Shown here piece after piece: positions 59,824 to 64,000 of a DNA stretch of 64,000 nt. Source of the DNA: Dehalococcoidia bacterium (GTDB lineage: Bacteria > Chloroflexota > Dehalococcoidia > UBA2979); NCBI GenBank assembly GCA_965219085.1, contig OZ244720.1, positions 2,688,001 through 2,752,000 of the forward strand. Direction: 5' to 3'. Every line of letters starts with the position of its first letter. Position 1 is the first letter of the stretch. Under the pieces are notes generated by a model that was not told the origin of the DNA, searched no databases, and saw only the letters and a program-made list of their open reading frames with translations. The position numbers and the translations under genes were made by a program.

Positions 59824-60834
59824 CTACTCGCCCGCGATACGTACCACCATCTTGCCGATGTTTGAGCCGTCGAACAGCCCGAGGAACGCCTCGGGCGCTC
59901 GCTCCAGCCCCTCGACGACTGTCTGCCGGCTGCGCACCTCGCCCTCGCCCAGCCAGCGCCGCATGTCCGCGAGGAACGCCTCGCGGCGGTCGGCGTGGTC
60001 GGAGACGATGAATCCCTGGATCCTCAGTCGCTTACGCACGATGTGGCTGAGGTTGTTCGGGCCGGGCTGCGCCTCCGCTGCGTTGTAGCCCGCGATCGAG
60101 CCGCACGCCACCACCCGCCCGTGGTCGTTCAGGTGGTTGAGCGCCGCCTGCAAGTGATCGTGCCCGACATTGTCGAAGTACACGTCGACGCCGTCGGGCG
60201 CGTGCTCCGCGAGCGCCACCTCGAGATCCTCGGCGCGGTAGTCGATGGCTGCGTCGAACCCCAGGTCGTCGACGAGCCACGCCGTCTTCTCGGGCGAGCC
60301 CGCGCTGCCGATCACGCGGCAGCCGCGCAGCTTCGCGATCTGCCCGACGACGCTGCCGACCGCGCCCGCAGCCGCGGAGACGAACACGGTCTCGCCCTCG
60401 CGCGGCTGCCCGAGGTCGAGCAGCCCGACGTACGCGGTATGCCCGGGCATCCCGAGCACGCCGAGGTAGTCGGCGGTGTTTTCGACATCCGGGTCGAGCG
60501 CCGTGAAGGCCGCGGCGGGTCCGAGCGCGAGGTCGCGCCACCCGAGGTTGCTGGACACGAGGTCGCCGGCGGCGAGGGCCGCGTCGCCCGAGGCGACCAC
60601 GCGGCCGACTGCGCCGCCCAGCATGACCTCGTCGATGGCCCAGGGATCGGAGTACGAGGGCTCGTCGCGCATGCGGCCGCGCATGTAGGGGTCGACGGAC
60701 ATCCAGTCGTTGCGGACCAGTACCTCGCCCGCGGCGGGGTCGGGCACGTCCACCTCGACGAGTTCGAAGTCGGCGGCGGCGGGCAGCCCCTCGGGGCGCG
60801 TGCGCAACCGTATCTCGCGGCTTCGATGGCTCAT
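59824..60834 (-). CDS. NADP-dependent oxidoreductase (CurA/PTGR-like)
   Basis: SVDPYMRGRM, LGMPGHTAY, AAAGAVGS, YFDNVG, GSNIGK. Confidence 0.9.
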   Translation of the reverse strand: MSHRSREIRLRTRPEGLPAAADFELVEVDVPDPAAGEVLVRNDWMSVDPYMRGRMRDEPSYSDPWAIDEVMLGGAVGRVVASGDAALAAGDLVSSNLGWRDLALGPAAAFTALDPDVENTADYLGVLGMPGHTAYVGLLDLGQPREGETVFVSAAAGAVGSVVGQIAKLRGCRVIGSAGSPEKTAWLVDDLGFDAAIDYRAEDLEVALAEHAPDGVDVYFDNVGHDHLQAALNHLNDHGRVVACGSIAGYNAAEAQPGPNNLSHIVRKRLRIQGFIVSDHADRREAFLADMRRWLGEGEVRSRQTVVEGLERAPEAFLGLFDGSNIGKMVVRIAGE

Positions 60835-60890
60835 CAGGGCTCCTCGTGATCGCCGGGCCGCCGCGATGATAGCGGAGTGCGCGCCTGCGG

Positions 60891-62378
60891 GTGCGACGTG
60901 CGCGGCGGGTACGCAGCGCACGGGTGGGCTACGATGCCACATCGCCCGAGTTCGACCGAACGCGAGCAACCCTCGCGGGGGTTCCACCGAACGCGAGCAA
61001 TCTCGCAGGGTCTGACCGAACGCGAGGAAACCTCGCAGGGTCTGACCGAACGCGAGGAAACCTCGCAGGGCTCGCCGAGGAGGCGCGTATCGCCGGCTGG
61101 CTGCTCCGTCCGGGCGCCGGCGGGCCGTTCTACGGCTGGGTGATCGTCGCCGTCGCGTCCCTGATCGCCTTCAGCTCCGGTCCCGGCCAGTCCTACGTCT
61201 TCTCCGTCTTCCTCGACTCCATCATCGAGGACACCGGGCTGTCGCGGACGACGATCTCGGCGCTCTACGCCGTCGGCACCGGCCTGAGCGCGTTGATGGT
61301 CGCGTACGTCAGCCGGATGGCGGACCGCTTCGGGCCCAGGCTCGTCGTGATCTTCGTCGCGGGGGCGCTCGGTGTCGCCTGCTTCGGGATGGCGTTCGCG
61401 CAGGGTTTCATCGCGTTCTTCATTGCCTTCGCCGCGCTGCGCGCGCTCGGGCAAGGCTCGACGCCCATCAACGCCACGCTCATGACTGCGCAGTGGTTCG
61501 TCGTGCATCGCGGCCGGGCGATGGCGGTCATGGGCTTCGGTTTCGCTGCCTCGCTCGCCTTCATGCCGCCCTTCGCCCGCGCGCTCATCGACACGCTCGG
61601 GTGGCGCGAGGCGTACATCGCGCTCGGCGTGCTGGTGTGGTTGCTCGTGATCCCCGCCACGGCGCTGTTCGCGCGCAACACGCCCGAGGAGGTGGGGCTC
61701 CACCCCGACGGCGCCGACCACCCGCCACTCGAGGCGGTCACGGTTGCCGAGGGCGAGCGCGACGACCGCCGCGTGCTGACCTCGCTGAGCTTCTGGCTGC
61801 TGGCGATGCCGCTGACGACCTCGCCGTTCGTGGTCACGGCGCTGGTGTTTCACCAGACCGGCATCTTCGAGGCGAACGGGCTCAGCGCGACGGTCGCTGC
61901 GGGCGTGTTTGTGCCGTTCGCCGTCACCACCGCCATCACGTCGGCGCTGGCGGGGCTCGCGATCGACCGCGTGGGGCCGCGGCCGCTGTTCGTGCTGGCG
62001 ATGCTGCTCCTGCTTGTGGGCCTCGGCGTATCGAGGCTCATCGACGGCGTCCTGATGGCGACGGTCTATGCGTGCGTGCTCGGTGCGGGCAGCGGCGTGC
62101 AGCAGATCGTGCAGACCACGATCTGGGCGCACTACTATGGCCGGCGCGGCCTCGGGCGCGTGCAGGGCTCGGCGACCTCGATCATGATCATGATGTCGGC
62201 GATCGGCCCGCTGCCCCTCGCCGCGATCGAGGGCGTCACCGGCTCCTACACCATGGGCATTCTGCTCATGGCGGCGATGCCCGTGCTCTCCATCATCGGC
62301 GTCTCGCTCGCGCGGGCGACACCACCAACTGTTCAGGTGCGCGAGGAGCCGGCCGAGGCCGCGGCGCGCGGCGGCTGA
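60891..62378 (+). CDS. MFS transporter (start uncertain)
   Basis: FYGWVIV, GPGQSY, ADRFGPR, YGRRGLGRVQG; about 12 TM segments. Confidence 0.85.
   Translation: MRRARRVRSARVGYDATSPEFDRTRATLAGVPPNASNLAGSDRTRGNLAGSDRTRGNLAGLAEEARIAGWLLRPGAGGPFYGWVIVAVASLIAFSSGPGQSYVFSVFLDSIIEDTGLSRTTISALYAVGTGLSALMVAYVSRMADRFGPRLVVIFVAGALGVACFGMAFAQGFIAFFIAFAALRALGQGSTPINATLMTAQWFVVHRGRAMAVMGFGFAASLAFMPPFARALIDTLGWREAYIALGVLVWLLVIPATALFARNTPEEVGLHPDGADHPPLEAVTVAEGERDDRRVLTSLSFWLLAMPLTTSPFVVTALVFHQTGIFEANGLSATVAAGVFVPFAVTTAITSALAGLAIDRVGPRPLFVLAMLLLLVGLGVSRLIDGVLMATVYACVLGAGSGVQQIVQTTIWAHYYGRRGLGRVQGSATSIMIMMSAIGPLPLAAIEGVTGSYTMGILLMAAMPVLSIIGVSLARATPPTVQVREEPAEAAARGG
60955..61070. repeat. ~30-bp tandem palindromic repeat, 4 copies
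   Basis: ACCGAACGCGAG(G/C)AA..CTCGC(A/G)GGG units at 60955, 60986, 61015 and 61045. Confidence 0.92.
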
Positions 62379-62465
62379 GCGTCCGCCGGGGGCGGCCCCG
62401 TGCTCTAGCATGCGTGGCGATGCCCCGGGGCTTCGGAGCACACTCGGGGCGGGGGGAGCGTCACG

Positions 62466-63044
62466 ATGGCGGGCCTGCGGCAATCGATCGAGTCGACGCT
62501 GGAGGATCGCGACAAGACCATCGGGATCGCGTTCCTCATCCTCTTCGTCGTCTCGATCGTCGGGGCGAACTGGGCGCTGCTCACGTTTGGGATCAAGCCC
62601 GTCGGGTTCGGGCTCGACGCGCCGGCGAGCGTCTACTTCGTCGGGCTGACGTTCACGTTCCGCGACGGGATGCGGGAGCGCCTGGGCTTCAACAGCACGC
62701 TGATCGCGATCGCGATCGGCGGCATCCTCAGCTACGCCCTCGAGGTGCGGGTCGGCGGCGACTGGTTCGCGCGGATCGCACTCGCGTCGGCGACGGCGTT
62801 CGTCGTCTCCGAGTTCGCCGACGCCGTGGTCTACGAGCGCATCCGGCAGTACTCGCGAGTGCTCGGCATGGCCGCCAGCAACACCGTCGGGCTGGTGGTG
62901 GACTCGGCGTTCTTCCTCACGCTCGCGTTCGGGTCGCTGGAGTTCCTCACCGGCCAGGTGGTCGGCAAGTTCTACATGACGGCGCTCGCGCTGGTGCTCA
63001 TCGTGGCGTGGGAGCGTGGGCAGCGGATGCAGCAGCCCGCGTAG
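62466..63044 (+). CDS. VUT-family (YhhQ-like) membrane transporter
   Basis: ANW, FTFRD, RIALASATAFVVSEFAD, SNTVGLVVDS..F...AFG, GQVVGK. Confidence 0.8.
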   Translation: MAGLRQSIESTLEDRDKTIGIAFLILFVVSIVGANWALLTFGIKPVGFGLDAPASVYFVGLTFTFRDGMRERLGFNSTLIAIAIGGILSYALEVRVGGDWFARIALASATAFVVSEFADAVVYERIRQYSRVLGMAASNTVGLVVDSAFFLTLAFGSLEFLTGQVVGKFYMTALALVLIVAWERGQRMQQPA

Positions 63045-63128
63045 ACGAGCTGCGTCCGCTCACCGGCAGGCCGCGGACGAAGCCGCCCGCGGCCTGCTCG
63101 ATACGGTTCGACGCTCGATGCGGTCCAG

Positions 63129-64000
63129 CTACGGCGCGGCCATCTCGAGCAGCTTGGGCGGTGGCGCCTGCGTCCAGTGCGGGATGCCGTGCTCGGGCTT
63201 CGCGATGGCCATGTTGTCGTCGTTGACCTCGGCCCAGTGCGAGTGGTTCGCCTGGTGGAGCGTGAAGCACGCCTGCAGCGCGTTGTAGAAGCCCTGCATG
63301 TCCTGCGTCTGGTTCACCGACTCCTTGACGAGCATCGAGGTCACCGTCGGCAGCGAGGCGATGCGGCGCGCGTACTCGAGTGTCTGGTCGGCGAGGTCGT
63401 CGCGGGAGAAGACCTTCGCGACCATGCCGAGCTGGTGGGCGTCCTGCGCGGTCAGCGAGTCGCCGGTGAGGAGCAACTCCTTGGTCTTGCGCGCGCCGAA
63501 CTCCCACGGGTGTGCGAAGTACTCGAGGCCGCACATGCCGAGCCTCGTCCCGACCACGTCGGCGAACTCGGCGTCGTCGGAGGCGACGATGAGGTCGCAG
63601 GCCCAGGCGAGCATGAGCGCGGCGGCGTAACACTTGCCCTGCACCTGCGCGACCGTGATCTTGCGCAGGTTCCGCCAGCGCAGCGTGTTCTGCAGGAAGA
63701 AGTGCCACTCCTGGCGGTAGCGGTTCTCGAGGGCGAGCGCCGTGCCGCCGTAGCCCTGCACCGTCTCGTGCTGGTCGGGGCCGGGCATGCGCTCGGTGAC
63801 CGCCTCGGGTGTGCCGAGGTCGTGCCCGGCGGAGAAGTGGGGTCCCTCGCCGCCGAGGATGACGACGCGGACGTTGTCGTCGGCTTCCGCAGCGAGCATC
63901 GCGTGGTCGAGCTCCACGAGCAGGCCGCGGTTCTGCGCGTTCCGCTCGTTCGGGCGGTTGAGCATGATCCGCACGATCGATCCGTCGTCGAGCGGCTCGG
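63129..64000 (-). CDS. enoyl-CoA hydratase family protein (5' end outside window)
   Basis: LNRPNERNAQ, FSAGHDLG, ITVAQVQG, WACDLI; frame open to the window edge. Confidence 0.88.
   Translation of the reverse strand, partial: EPLDDGSIVRIMLNRPNERNAQNRGLLVELDHAMLAAEADDNVRVVILGGEGPHFSAGHDLGTPEAVTERMPGPDQHETVQGYGGTALALENRYRQEWHFFLQNTLRWRNLRKITVAQVQGKCYAAALMLAWACDLIVASDDAEFADVVGTRLGMCGLEYFAHPWEFGARKTKELLLTGDSLTAQDAHQLGMVAKVFSRDDLADQTLEYARRIASLPTVTSMLVKESVNQTQDMQGFYNALQACFTLHQANHSHWAEVNDDNMAIAKPEHGIPHWTQAPPPKLLEMAAP

Noticed and set aside
60955-61070. Palindromic repeats as a CRISPR array
   Set aside because: Units are contiguous with no unique spacers, and no cas genes are in the window.
62380-62465. 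preQ1 riboswitch upstream of the VUT-family gene
   Set aside because: Only GC-rich hairpins are present; no recognisable preQ1 stem-loop with A-rich tail.

Overview
High-GC bacterial chromosomal window. Gene content (cofD/cofC, DinB/VOC/enoyl-CoA hydratase paralogues, orphan molybdopterin subunit, many apparently leaderless genes) suggests Chloroflexota/Dehalococcoidia, which is inference only. The backbone carries ispH-hpnC-hpnD-hpnE, gnd, ppk2, a DAHP synthase, pduO, murB, ilvD, cofD-cofC, beta-oxidation genes and three tRNAs (Lys-TTT, Met-CAT, Val-TAC). Small, visibly less GC-rich inserts interrupt it. Most notable observations: (1) a three-gene island of a GHKL/MORC-like ATPase, a probable wHTH protein and a frameshifted M.PvuII-like methyltransferase, with no recognisable nuclease; (2) a membrane-protein gene followed by two tandem variant copies of its own C-terminal module; (3) a circularly permuted CcdA; (4) a 516-bp-offset diverged duplication of a dinB-family promoter and 5' end that flanks one orphan gene; (5) a dispersed ~30-bp palindromic repeat family with a compensatory base change at gene 5' ends; (6) a candidate structured RNA next to an IS1595 remnant. 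All calls come from motif reading by eye, and no searches were run.
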